From Ostrea edulis (Eukaryota): 64,000 bases of DNA. The notes below the pieces were generated by a model. It ran no database searches and was not told the DNA's origin. It worked only from the letters and a program-made list of their open reading frames with translations. The stretch is from NCBI RefSeq assembly GCF_947568905.1, contig NC_079171.1:37262001-37326000 (forward strand). The letters are read 5' to 3'. Shown in pieces: positions 35,218 to 49,238 of this stretch. The position numbers and the translations under genes are program-made. The stretch's first letter is position 1, and every line of letters begins with the position of its first letter.

Positions 35218-35666
35218 CTATGGAGAGCCAAAGAGTTCAATATTCTATCTTTGTAATTATGTATTTGTTGTTACTAAATGCGCAATTGGTTCAATGTAAA
35301 ATAGAAAAATGTTAATCGTTATCTTGACATTTGTAGTACATAACGGCATATTCGTTATTTGAATTGTGTAAGATGTAAAGGAATGTAATGTCTGTGTAGA
35401 TGCGTAAGAAGTGAATGCATTATTTATTCAATGTAAATTTGAAATTAGATCTTCGTCATCCATATTTGAGCATTTGCACATTGCAGTTGCGAGTTACAGT
35501 ACAATTTTTTGGTAATCCGTCCGATGATAGTTCAACATTCGAATTTGCTCATTCGTTTACTGCATTTCAGCATGTGTTCGTTGTTTTACCATTATGACGA
35601 CAGAGGGCGCGCGCTACATCGAATCTTTTGGGAAATAGACTATAGAATCATATTGGAGGACCAGTT
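35218..35666 (+). repeat. Left arm of a diverged ~450-bp inverted repeat (partner at 37254-37702)
   Basis: gacgacagagggcgcgcgctacatcgaatcttttgggaaatagact is the reverse complement of agtctgtttcccaaaagatacgatgtagcgcgtgccctctgtcgtc, and the similarity continues through the arm. Confidence 0.8.
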
Positions 35667-35829
35667 TATGTGACATTCCCTCGGAGCTATTATTTTCCCG
35701 GCCTTTCGAAGTCCGAGGTAAATCATTTTATTTTGTGCAAGGAAGATATTTTGATAAGCAAATTCATACCATATTTTTACTATGAGTTTCATTCCTTCTG
35801 TTTATCATAAGTAGAGTTTCTTCTCCGAC

Positions 35830-36193
35830 GATGTACTGATTAATAGAAAAATTCGATTATCTAATCGAAATGGCCCCCGGTTATAGATAATCTATTAAAA
35901 TTTTTGATAATCGATTAATCAAAATCTAACTTAAAGTAATTTATTCTCATGCTTTCTTGATTTATTTTCTGTGAATGTAGCTAATTCATAAGTATTGATT
36001 TGATAAATGAATCAAATGATAAAAAATACATCAAAAATGCATTTCAGAAATCACCCCAAATTTTTTACCAATTCATTCTTCATTCAATGAAAAAAAAATT
36101 AATACTTGAAATTAATCGATTATTAATCAATTATAGTGCGTCCGATTATACTGATAATCAATCATGAAAAAATATTCCGATGGTTCATCACTA
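35830..36193. mobile_element. Truncated hAT-like MITE
   Basis: Ends cgatggttcatcacta (TAGTGATG-type terminus) with many aatcgatt sub-repeats. The other end was not found. Confidence 0.4.
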
Positions 36194-37253
36194 CGACTGT
36201 TTACAAAGTTGAATACTATTCCCTAAAAGGGCAATTGTTACACTAAAAATGGAATTGTTACTCTTTTTTAGTCTAATTAACTGTATCATTGGGATTTTCA
36301 GTTGTTTTCCCTCTATTTTCGTGTTTGCTTTGAGTAAAACATTAAGTGCAAGAATACTTCTACATCCTCTAAATATTTAGAGTCTAGGAAGCGTATATTT
36401 TCATATATGTACAAGGACTCCATATGTGGCCAACAAGGTTTATAAATAACCTCTAACAGCTAGACTATCAAATAAAAAAATATTTCTTTCTATGATTTAA
36501 ACAGACAAAATGAGTGGTTTACAATAAAGAGGCTTGACAGAGGACAACTGGAACAATTTTTTTGACAAGAGAAAAACTATATCAAAATACCCATGGTAAT
36601 GTTGATTAATGATACATTTTTAACAAAAATAGGAGTTTTGAAATTGGGGTGTCTGAAATTGAGTTAGCTATCTTGTGGAGAGAAAAAGAAGGTGGTGATC
36701 AGATACGAAACAAGTGCTTGTGGAAATAATGTAAAATTCAAATCTATCCCCCCCCCACATTTTTTGCAAAGATAGACATAATAGACATATTAACCCCCCC
36801 CCCCCCCAAACGACGTAGAAACATTTTTGCTGGTTTACCCCCTCCCCCACTTTCCGACGCCTATGAAACAAGAATAGTTTTTGCGTGTTTTAGAATTCTT
36901 ACTCAATGTACATATTAACTATTCAATATTGTGAATTACGTATTTCAGTGACAGCAATGTAAAAATGGTGGGGAAGGGGCGCGAAAACGAAAATCAATCC
37001 CAATCAAAGCAAATATGTACCAGAGTTTTTGGTCTCGCACAAATAAATGTAACGTCCCTGGTGGTATGTTGTTACTAAATGGCATACACTGTTAAATCAA
37101 AGTAAGCTCATGGAAAAAAAATCAGTCCAGTCATCTATATTGATACTTACAACAATGTTCTACATCAAGTCTCTGATCAAACTACTTCAGCAGCACATTT
37201 TCAACGACTTTTAGCGCCAACCGGTTAATGTTGAGTGTGCTAGACCGAGTGTT

Positions 37254-37702
37254 AACTGGTCCTCCTATATGATTCTTTAGTCTGTTTCCCAAAAGATACG
37301 ATGTAGCGCGTGCCCTCTGTCGTCATAATGATAGAACAATTTACAAATGTTGAATTGCGCAAATGCGAATGTCGAACTAATATCGGACGGATTACCAAAA
37401 CACATTTACCACAACTCGCATAGGCTTAACAAACTACAATGTGCAAATGCTCAACTACGGATGACGAAGATCCAATTTCAAATTTACATTAAGTAAATAA
37501 TGCATACACTTGTTACGCATCTACACAAACATCTATTCCATTTACATCTTACGCAATTCAAATGAGGAATATACCGTTATGCACTACAGATGTCAAGATA
37601 ACGATTAACATTTTTCTATGTACATTGAATCGATGGCGCGTTTAGGAACAACAAATACATAATTACAAAGATATAATATTGAACCCTTTGGCTGTCCATA
37701 CT
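37254..37702 (-). repeat. Right arm of the inverted repeat
   Basis: See 35218-35666. Confidence 0.8.
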
Positions 37703-39357
37703 GCTCACAGATGATGCCACGTCATTAAGAGTCTGTGCTGTGAAATCTGGGCTAAATTTAGTGTGTCCTGCTTCCATTAAAGAGAATTCTGCCATTTACA
37801 CAAACAAACTGAAAACGACCTGGTCTGGACCTCTCGAAAGAAATTGAAGTCGAATCTTGGACTTAAGTCTGAGATTTTACTCAAATTTTGACTGCTCAAA
37901 TAACAGAAAATTCAAATTTAAGTTTGAGATTTTTTGAGAAATCCAGGCCATGGAATCGGGGGACTTGAACTTAAAATTTAATGGACAGCTTGCTTGTTTC
38001 GTATACTGAAATTAATTCCTTATTTGTATTATTGTATTAGATAGTTGAAATAAATGTTGATACATTGATTTAAAAGTATTTTATTCAGTTTGAGAATGAC
38101 TGGAGAAACAAAATGGCAGAAAAGTTTAAAAATTACATATTTTAAAATACCCATATCTTTAACATACATTAAGTGATCTAAATTTTTTTGTACCATTGTA
38201 ATCCTTGTGAAAGTATTTTTCTTTTGATATAAAAAACGTGTGATTTTACAACTTTTAAAATTTTCGCCTGCCATTGCTATGAAAGAGTATCGATGCTGAA
38301 TATCAATATAATTATAATATTATGTAAAAATTCTGGATTTTTCTGCATGCATTTTAATTTTGATTTGTTTTTTATTTAAACTAAGTAAATTTTAACTTAC
38401 CTGTAAATAGTGTACGGGTACTAGAACAAATCTTAAGCGTGATACCCTCACCAGTAATGACGACAGACCGGAAACGAGAGGCGTGGTGCGTCATCCATGA
38501 CTATTTACCATTCTAAAAAGGGTGGACAAAGTTTCGAGTTGCCGAAGCCACCCCTTCCCCTCTCCCAGCTGTGACAGTGTCGGACAAAATAATTTATTAG
38601 GGTTACCGTTACCGCCTGACTCTGTCAATGGATATGAAACAGTGTGAAAAAATTAAGGACAGTGTTTCGTTCAAAATTGGGACGTGTGATTTGCCGCACG
38701 TTTTGCAAAACGACAATCCGAGACTCGAACAATAGCGTCAGTGTCTCCCTTACTGACTGGTCGGACCCTCCATTTGCACTCATGGCAATAAAGGTACAAT
38801 AGTTTGATTTTATGTTGCATGTATAGGAAGTCTTGAAAAACGCATGTTGAAAGTTTGATAAACAATGTTTATGGAATGTGTAGATCTATAGAAATCACTA
38901 AATAGAGAAATCACGGTGGGTGCTTGTGAACCAGACTTCCGGTAACCCCGGCCCCATCCTCTTCTTGTATTTTTTAAATTTTCAATTCCTTGGGTATTTC
39001 GGATGTATATTTTTTTAAATATCAAATATGGATATGTACCTTCAGGGTGTTGTTATTTCAATGGAAAACACAAATCTCGCATATTAACATAATATATGAA
39101 CCTAAGTTATGATCGGTGAGGCGGCATTTTCAAAATATCGGTTGAAATTCGTGTATCCCATTGAAATACAAACACACATGGTTTGTTGATATAACTACCC
39201 AACAAGAACTAGGTCAAAACAAACTTTAAAACTATTTAAACAAGAGATATTATATACAGGTGTAGATGTCGCACAGGCATTTAATATGCAGCAATAGACT
39301 GAAGGTCGAAATAACGGGGAGGCCATGTTGGATTTGTTGGATTTTCAGGTTAGACAG

Positions 39358-39360
<3 letters not shown>

Positions 39361-39417
<57 letters not shown>
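39361..39417. repeat. (TA)n microsatellite
   Basis: Direct reading. Confidence 0.95.
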
Positions 39418-39420
<3 letters not shown>

Positions 39421-39660
39421 CATTCATTTCGATATTTGGGTGATCAATGAGATAGATCTGCTTACATTGATAATAATTTCAAATAATTATAAATGGGGAG
39501 GGAGAGGATGATTATTTGGTATATCAATGCCTCATACATATCCCTCCATATATATTATTAATTCTACCATGTCTTTTGTTCGGACCTGTCAAAATCTTTA
39601 AAAAAAACTTTAATTAAGATTCCCCGTTTTTATTGACAGTAAACTGGTCGTGTGATCCCG

Positions 39661-41350
39661 ACATCAGAAATGCATCCCCGGCACAGTGCGCAGGAAGTCC
39701 TATTGTGTGACCTCTGTGAAACTGTCCCCCTACAGAGTCATTGTGAAATATGTAACATAAACCTCTGTGTTAACAGCATGGGGAAACACATCTCGGATTT
39801 GTCTAAACGACACAATGTGGTGCACTATTTACACAGAAAGTGTACTCCTAACTACCCGAAATGTCCGAAACACACCGAAAAACGCTGTGAACTTCACTGC
39901 GAGAAATGTGAAATTCCTATCTGTTCTGCCTGCGTCTCCTCTGATGAACATGAAGGTCACAAGTTATCAGATATTCTGGAAAAACTCAGCTTTAAAACAC
40001 GAAATTTACAAAAAGATTTAGAAGAATTGGAGACCAGAATTTATCCCCAATATGAAGAAATGGTGTCCAATGTCCAAACTGAGAAAGCTGAGTTAGAAAC
40101 AAATTACGGGAAACTGAGAACAGCTGTCGACCAACAAGGAGAAGTCTGGCACCGAGAAATCACCGCCATTGTCAATCAGCGGAAATCTGATATTGAGGAG
40201 ATGAAAAATAAACATCTATCTACCCTGAATAGCAATACAGAAGAAATCACACAGAGAATTACTGAACTCAAACATATCATTTCCAACTTGAAATCAATAC
40301 TAGAATCCAATGACGTCTCCTTAACTTCTAGTTACATATCTAGTAATTCCGAGTTTAGAATATTACCGCCAAAAGTCCGAGTTACATCACCGAGTTTCTA
40401 TCCTCAGAAAATAAATAAAGATCAGCTTAATGAAATGTTTGGTTCTCTGTCGCCATTATATATTAACACAAAAGAACAAGGTTACCAAAATGAAGTCACC
40501 AGAAGCTATGTCATCTCCTCCAGTCAAACCACTACTTGATAAACCGCGACTCGCCGCCACCATAGACACTGATTATTCACCACTCAGTGTTAGCTGCCTC
40601 AGTGATGAACAAGTCTGGACATGTGGCAAGAATAACGAAACCATGAAGCTCTTAAACCTCCAGGGTAAATTACTAACATCTATACAAACCGAGTCGGACA
40701 ATGCACCACAAGACATAACAGTCACACGTGACGGAGATCTTGTTTATACTGACACTACTAAAAGAACTGTTAACCTAGTGAAAAATAAACAAATACAGAA
40801 CGTGATCTCACTACAGGAGTGGACACCTTGCTTTGTCTGCAGTACCGCCTCTGATGATCTCCTGGTTATCATGGACAGCACCGATGAAACACAATCCAAA
40901 GTTGTGCGTTACTCTGGCTCCACAGATACACAGACCATTCAGTTTGATGATCAGGGTCGTCCTCTATATTCATCTGATTATAACTATAAATACATCTGTG
41001 AGAACAGGAACCTGGATATTTGTGTGGCTGACTATGCAGCTAGAGCAGTAGTTGTGATCAACCAGTCAGGAAATTTCCGATTTAGATACACTGGTCATCC
41101 CTCTAATACCAAGGAATCATTCTATCCAATTGGCATCACTACAGACAGCCAGGGTCATATCATGACAGCAGACTTTAACAATGGCTGTATCCACATCCTA
41201 GATCAGGACGGACAGTTCCTCCGTTACATTCAGAACTGTGATTTATACGGTCCATTCGGTTTATGTGTGGACATCAGAGACAACCTTTTTGTGGCTGAGT
41301 TATATACTGCTAAAGTAAAGAAAATCCAATATCTATCAACACATTGTTAG
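39661..41350 (+). pseudogene. B-box/coiled-coil/NHL TRIM-like gene (copy 2), split by one frameshift
   Basis: B-boxes CDLC..CEIC..LC and CPKH..CELHCEKC..ICSAC..H.GH, coiled coil, then the NHL beta-propeller. One extra A in caaaatg (40486-40492) relative to copy 1. Could be an assembly error, although B-box1 also has Cys changed to Ser at 39775-39777. Confidence 0.8.
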
Positions 41351-41857
41351 TTACACTGTGTTACACCTACCCACACAGTGTTGATTACATATGATAAATA
41401 TGCGCGAAGTGTTATTTACAGCAGTGTGTTGATTACAACCACTGGTTAATTACAGCTGTGTGTTAATTACAGTCCGGTGTTTGTGATTTGTAATGAACAT
41501 GTTCTTGTGTTTGTGTGTTTAACTGATTGAACATTAGTTGAACATTAGTTTCTCACTATTGTTTTATAATTTTAGTGGAACTAATTTTAACATACTTATT
41601 ACTAATTTCACCATGTTACTACATGTAGTTATTCATCTATTCCATTTTCAATCTTTCCAACAAATATGCATCGCTGAACACAATTTAATGAATGTAGATC
41701 AGCTATTGTGAAGTACCTAGGGATTTCACTTTTGTGTGTAGTCTTGAATTATAGTACATCCACTACTGAGTACTAACATGTATGTGTATACTTGTCTTAG
41801 AGTGCTAAACTACTAATCGATCATTAGTCTGTTAATCATATATTCCAATATGTTTAA

Positions 41858-43557
41858 AGGAAACGTAGGGTATAAAAAAATAATTTCACATTTCAAGTAC
41901 TAAATATTTAGTAATTAAGTCCATTGGTTATTTCCATTTGATTGTAATCTGTTGTGTAGAAATCGGCTATTAGATATAGCTACACATCATCTGCTGGAGG
42001 CTGCCATTTTGCAAGATAAAGTTATCGGTCTTTAAGATATTTCCCACAATCCCATCTGCTTATGACGTATACCGGGCAATTTCCTCTCAGTGAAAGGAGC
42101 TGATCATGTCTGACTGCAAATGATATCAATATGAGCCTGATTATAATGAAGAGGAATTATTAGCAGCTTCAAATGAAAACACCAGTGAATTGGGATGGAT
42201 TGATGAAAACGACGCTCTTAATTCTTAAACTTTTAATTTTGTATTCTTTATACAGTTCATTATCTTCACTTCTTCATTCTTCACTTGAACATTTCTTAGC
42301 ACATATGATGGACAATGACTGGGCAATTCTATCTGTATATGTTGCACAAAGTTGATTTATTCTTCAATATGGATTGAGAGTGGGATATTTTTGCCACTAT
42401 TCATGTCTTCATTGAGCTGAAAATATAAAAATGAAATCAAACCATTACTTTATAACTTAAATAATGAAATTTCATGAAAACGCATGTACATGTATTTCAC
42501 ACAACAAAGAGTTTATTTTTCATAGTAGTTTTCTCTCTTCCTGATTTATTAGTACATCTGTTTACAAGAGAATATTGCAATGTGAACCTGTATACAGCAC
42601 AAATCAGTTGATTATCACTACACCCCTGCACTAATTACCACGTAAATGTCAAGACTTCAAAGATTAACTGCAAAGGGGGAATTCAAATGACCTTGGTTGT
42701 AAAACTTTGTTAATCTTTTAGAGAAATGCATCAAATTACCTGTTTCCTAAGATGCTGATAGTCCAGGTTGGTCAATAGGTTTTGCATATGAGTTTTTCAT
42801 TCGTTTCCAAAAGAAAATGGATTAGCTGAAAAATGAAAAATATTCATAATGACTAATTAATTATTTATATAAACTATACTTCAAATATACTATACTTCAT
42901 TTGTTTACTTGTACATTTTCAATTTCTTTAAAAAACAATAGTATAGGCCGGGGCTAATACAAAATGTGCTAGTGCAGGGGATGATTTTTGAAAGTATTAC
43001 ATGGATCCCGCTTTTCCTTTTCTTCATCTTTTTGAGCTATTTTCTCTTATTTCCTTAGGCTTCCTGCCATCAAATATTTTAGTTACTGCATGCATCTTCT
43101 TTTTAATAGGTTTTAATGTGTATCTCAATATCTTAATTTAATTAGATATTAAATTAACTTTGAATATTTCATATTTAGCTTGTACAAAATGTTCACTGGA
43201 TAAGGATATTAAAATAAACTGAATTAGATTAGATTAGAAAATTATTGCATAAGTAAAAGTTTGTTGTAAATAAACTCTGGTTATTTACACATTAAGAATT
43301 ATTAGTATTTACCAAGTAAAAAGCAAATATAATTTATACTTACCCTGATATCCTCATTCAAAGAATCTTTCTCAAAATGCCGTTCAAAACATTCATTCCC
43401 AAGGTTATGTATCCGAATTCTTGCACAATGTTCATAGTTTTTGGGGAGATCAGGGATGCTAAAAGGTAGATACATGTATTCCTTTTCCTTTGACCACGGT
43501 GCCAAATTTCGATTGAACTTCCGACATTTAAATTATAGATATTCTGTAACCCATTTA

Positions 43558-43600
<43 letters not shown>

Positions 43601-43860
43601 CCGATGTGTGAGGGCCTGTCCCGAGACACAGATTATTCTAACTAACCCATTTAGTGCTATAGGCACAGCAGTTGCAATTAATTGCCGCATACACGTCATC
43701 AGCCGCCATGATGAGATTCTCCCATTCAGCTCAGTTTTCAGTGTAAATGACAGATTAAATCTTGTTTTCAACAGCAATTATTTTTTCTATGCTTGATTTT
43801 GTTGTCTGCATGGTACCAGTTTTCACATATCAAAATTTGATTTTTGACCCTACGTTCCCT
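41858..43860. mobile_element. Second non-autonomous Kolobok-type element, present only in duplication copy 2
   Basis: TTAA at 41854-41857 and 43861-43864; TIR aggaaacgtagggt / accctacgttccct. A single TTAA marks the empty site near 10226-10232. YQYEPDYNEEELL on + near 42125 and a THAP-like remnant on - (about 43320-43705). Confidence 0.8.
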
Positions 43861-46723
43861 TTAATTCTAAATGTATATATAAATAGATAAACATGATTTA
43901 GAGTACAGTTTTACTTTATTACTGAGTACTTACTTAGATATATAGTATCATAAAAGAGAGTGACCCCAAACGTCCAGTTTGACCACTTTGATCGAGGCTT
44001 CCTTCCAAATAACAAACAAGAATTATTTAAACAACCAAAAATTGATTTTGAAAAAAACAAACAAAGAGAGGTAATTGATAAAGAAAAACTGCACAACCAC
44101 TCGCACATCAATCACACGACTAGCAAAAAGATTAATGTTCAAAATAATAGGAAAACAGTGCCTATTATATATGCATAAATATGTTCTACAGCCTCACATC
44201 TGTATACCTAAGACAAAGTAAATGAATAGTCATGCAGAGCAGGAAGGCATCTACCGAAGTTTCATGATCACCGCTGTGAAGATTGTCTCCAGGGTGGGGT
44301 CAAAATTGGAATAAATATTGTTTATGTATAAAGTATTTAAATAACATCTCCTTTACTGCTATACTGCGTCTCTATATGAGTGAAAAATTCTCGAGCGGGA
44401 CGTTCAACAAGATACAACCAATCAATCAATACTGCTATGCTGTGGGAATTTCGTTGTTTAAATATTTTGCATGAAATAATTTCAGTTCAGTTAAAAATTA
44501 TTTGAATAAAAAGAATTGTTTAAACAGGTCTGAATGTTGTATTAGACTCAAGGCTTTTATAAGTGTGATCTTCATTCCCGCCAAATGTCAGTATTCAAAA
44601 CAGATTAATAGGGGTGGGGACAAGACTAGGCTTTCATGATGTGCCAAAAATCGAGAGCATGCTTTATTTCCAGTATTCGTGTTTATTACAAATGAAGACC
44701 AAATATGTACGTATTGGATACAATGAATATATACAAAAATCAACGGGGTTCGAAATGACTGCTACCTAACATGGCTACGCCAACAAACGAATTAATTTGA
44801 AGTTTTAATAAATGTTTACACAGAAGTATATGCTAGTAATCTTTTGATATTTTAAGATGACGATGCAAGAATGCAGCGATTTGAGGCTTCAAATCTGAGC
44901 AGATTTTTCTGCGTCGTAAATCGAAAGTTTCGATATGGGCTATAGATCTGTAGCTCTCTGGTCTGTAAATATAATTCTAAATTGTCCGTACGTGTAGCAG
45001 GCGTTGTGTCCTTCCCGATTGTGTTTGTGAATGAATGAAGCTGAATAAAAGCTTTATGGATTTTTATGATAAAAGAAAATGCAAAACTCCTGCATAATTA
45101 CTTGCATTCGATTTATCATGATGCAGTGACCTTTTGTAAGGTTTAAACCTGAATCAAGGTATCTGTGTGAGTTAAAATTTTACACCTAGGTATATGCATG
45201 CAAAAATGACATGAATTAATATCTAATAACCTTGTATTTTTATTTTAATAATTGTTTGATATATGTAAAAAGTTCAGATGGTTTGAAACTTAACAGGCTT
45301 ACCGTAATATATAAACACCGAGAAATGAATAATACATATATTTCATGCTATCGTGCTTCCGTACAATACGCAGGTTTTTGGGAGTTGATTTTATCAACTT
45401 CTCTAATACTATGCAATAACTCGGCTCAAAGTGGTGTGAACCTGAGTACTTCTTTACAAACATATGTAATGTTCAGCGCTTGCAGCAAATAGTTCGTAAA
45501 CCGTTTACGTATTACACGTTTAAATGCACAATTTCTGTAAAAGTTACTTTTCTACCGTCGATCAATTGAGTATGTTAATTGAAAACAATATAAATATCAC
45601 TAGAAATGAAATCTAATGTCAACAGCGATATTTCCCAAAATTAAAAAAATCCTACATGCAGACTATCAGTGATCATACTTTACAACAGGTTAAACACACG
45701 TGCCTTGCGAACTGAAAGTGGGCCTACACAAAAGTCGGTGTCTTTGAAAATGCGGTTTCTGCGTATTCTATAGCAATTGAGTGGACCTTTCAAATTCAAA
45801 GATACATATCCATGTTTACACACGTGTCCACAATCGGAAAAGCAAACGACAGTAACTGATCAAATTAAAGCTAACCAAAAATAGCGTGAATCGACATATT
45901 CAATGCTAAAGTTTGAAGAATTGAATGTCTATGGAAAACCCCCCAAATATTTTGTTGTTTTCAAGAAAAAATGTCGTAAATATGAAAATCAAACAACACG
46001 CCATATAATTTCAGGGTTTTTTTAAATACACATTTCCCCATATGCATGGACCGCGACCAAGTTCTTAAAGAAAAAACGTCAACTGATTGAAATATAGAGC
46101 ACGTATGTTACGGCACGTTTGGTGGCCTCGGCACGTTCAGTCGCCGACGACCAGTTGTGCCGCACGTATCGTCGCCGGGCGACCGAATGTGCCGTGAGGG
46201 TGGACACGGATGGTCGTCAATTTTAGGCCATACCCGAGCACGAATGATTGCCACCCAAGCTCACAGTCCGAAACCCCAACTTTGTTTTTATCTTCCCTCT
46301 CCTCCAACACATATTCTCCTTCCTTCTCTTTATCCCATCTAATCCTCCTCCCTCTTCTCCACATTCTTCTTTTTGTTCTGGTTTGATCAAATCGAACAAC
46401 AAGTCTTTTGAAATGATGGCTAAAATCTAAGGGAGATGTTGCGCTTTCTGGTAGTCTTCTATGAGTAATCAGATGTCATTGGACGTCCCCTACAAAATTC
46501 ACAGCATATTCTATTCCGATTCGAAACATCCCTTCAAGCCTTTGGTACGTTTTGCGTGTGCAGAGGAGAGGCTAATTTTGCATTTCATAAAGGTGGCGTA
46601 AAAGTGTAAAACCAGAAGCGGAGAGAGTGCACAAAAACAACATGGATATACCCACAAAACTGTAGTATTCCTCTATAGACGCCTACTCTTCAACATGTCA
46701 GAGATATCCCCGCGCTGCCCTTA

Positions 46724-46900
46724 NNNNNNNNNNNNNNNNNNNNNNNNNNNNNNNNNNNNNNNNNNNNNNNNNNNNNNNNNNNNNNNNNNNNNNNNNNNNN
46801 NNNNNNNNNNNNNNNNNNNNNNNNNNNNNNNNNNNNNNNNNNNNNNNNNNNNNNNNNNNNNNNNNNNNNNNNNNNNNNNNNNNNNNNNNNNNNNNNNNNN
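46724..46900. other. Assembly gap (177 N)
   Basis: Run of N at the position homologous to 14175-14336. Confidence 1.
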
Positions 46901-49238
46901 TACCTTATAAGATAATGGCTCCATTTTGAAAGAGCAGCATTCATATATAAAAAGTGCTTAATTCAGACCTATGAATTTGCAAATTGCTTACTCCACCTTT
47001 TCAATTTGATGTATACTTTGTGAAATATCCGATTTTGCAGGCTTTTTGGTACATCTTACTTTCAGGCTTATCGCTAGTGCAATAGTTGGCCTAAAATATC
47101 TTTTAAAATTTTGTTGAGCATAGTACTTAAGGTTCTTTTTTTTTTTTTTTTTTTTTTTTTACATGAAGTCAATATACTAAGTAGTAAATATCTGTTCATA
47201 AATATTATGTTAATTAGAATTAGAATTATGTTCACCGTGTTGTTTATGCCGAATCTAAAGATTTCATTTTCTTATCAAACCATATATTGTAGTACTTGCT
47301 TTGTATTTCACTTTGTGTGCTATGTGTATTTGTACCCTCATACTTATCAGGATGTATTGCACGTCATATTTATATTCATTCCGCTTTAAAGATATCTTAT
47401 ATAATTTATGAAATATTTTCTATTTTATTTTATTAAGATGTCTCATAATTTACAGTTTATAAGATGAAAGGTGAAGATAACGAACAATGATCAATCTCAC
47501 AACTCCTATAAGCAATACAAAATAGATAGTTGGTCAAACACGGACCCCTGGATATACCAGAGATAGGATCAGCTGCCCAGGACGAATAAGCATCCCCCGT
47601 CGACCGGTCAAACCCGCCGTGGACCCTATATCTTGATCAGGTAAACAGAATTATCCAAAGTCAAAATCAGTGTGCCAAGAACGGCCAAACAATCGGCATG
47701 AACCACGTCAGACAGCATAGATTGGAAAAGTGAAATACAATCCAGACAGCTGTTAACTTACCAGTGTCTATATGTATGTAGGCATAAACAATTACACTTT
47801 GACTGTTAAAGATACAAAATAAGTTTATGAATTTGAGTGTAGTTCTATTTCTTTTAATTTTATAATAATTCTCAATCCCAGAAGTATCTGGTGCACAACT
47901 CCCATCAATACTTTTTGTACTTTGATTAAAATGTGCAGGTCAGCCGCTGACAGTAAAAGCCAGTCGTGCTCGCAAAAGGTCCATTACACGTATTCAAAGG
48001 AAGCTATTCCGGTTAAATTCGACATTTAATTAAATGTTCCGAGTCACTAAAATAATTTTCATTATTTTCTTTGTTATTTACTTTCGTTGTTATTCGTGTT
48101 ACCAAAATAAAGCACACCCATAACAGAAGTTGTTAAAACGTCCTCTGGATCACACTTGTTAACATAATCAGGTATAGTTTCTACTGGTATTGTACTGTGT
48201 TTCACAAATTACTTTTATAGAATAGCTACAATATGTAGATGGATGAAAGTTTTGAGTTATATGTATTTAGAAAGGAATGACAACAACAACGTTTAAGAGA
48301 CAAGTCAGATCACACAGTAATTTCCGCCATATTGAGATCCTTGTTTGAGAGCAATACGAATATGAGTCATGTGTTGAGTCTTATTATTTCAACTATGCAT
48401 TGGTTCCGTTTTCATGTTTTTATGATGACAGCATTACATTGCGTAGTATGAAAAGAGGGTGAGAGACGTTTAAGATTTTTAACAACTTGCAGATGAAATT
48501 GATAGTGGTTTATTAAATAATCACCGGAATATGATGTCCATCTCGGTGTCAAGCATGTAAATATTTGAATTTGAATCTGAAAGCGCAAAAGAGCTTTTTG
48601 ATAGCCTTATGTATTCCGTCTGTCTGAGCGTATTTCTATTCGTAAAACCCCGTGGGGATACGAGTTAGAATAAGTCCTCAGTACCTATTGCTTGTCATTC
48701 TCTGACCAGAGGGTGCGTTGCGCAAGCTTCACATACTCCTCTGTCAACGGCTTGGAATCACGTGACAATATAATCACATGATATAAAGTATCATTCTCGG
48801 TTTCCTTTCCCTTTAAAAGTTCTGGCAACAAGTGATACATCAGGCTTTTTCATAACCCACTGACACTTTAATAAGTACTTATTTACCATTTACCTATTCG
48901 TCTCTTATTTCACAAGTTTTATCGTATTTTTGCAGCATTTCTTCCTTTTGATTCCATGTTTACATTTAAATGTCCACCACGTGTATGTCTTACATTCATA
49001 CGCATATTACGAAGTAGTCCAAATTCATGATCAGAAAACGACGATTTTAAACAAATTACAGTAAACATCAATTTAATTGGCGGATCGCCGAATTTTTGAG
49101 TGAAAGGAGCATTAGCCAATCAGAGAACCCCATTTACACGCGCTTTCTGAAGATAAGGACGCGCCGCCATTTTGCCCGACAACAAGGAAAAGTCATCATT
49201 TTATCGGATTGTTTACATTGGTTTATGACAACGCAATT

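Larger units (their letters stand above)
37790..48598 (+). repeat. Segmental duplication block, copy 2
   Basis: Collinear with 6050-16068, apart from copy-specific transposon insertions. Confidence 0.9.

Noticed and set aside
39266-39511. ORF with a YIYIYI tract (also the tail of 33872-34363)
   Set aside because: Translation of (TA)n microsatellites.
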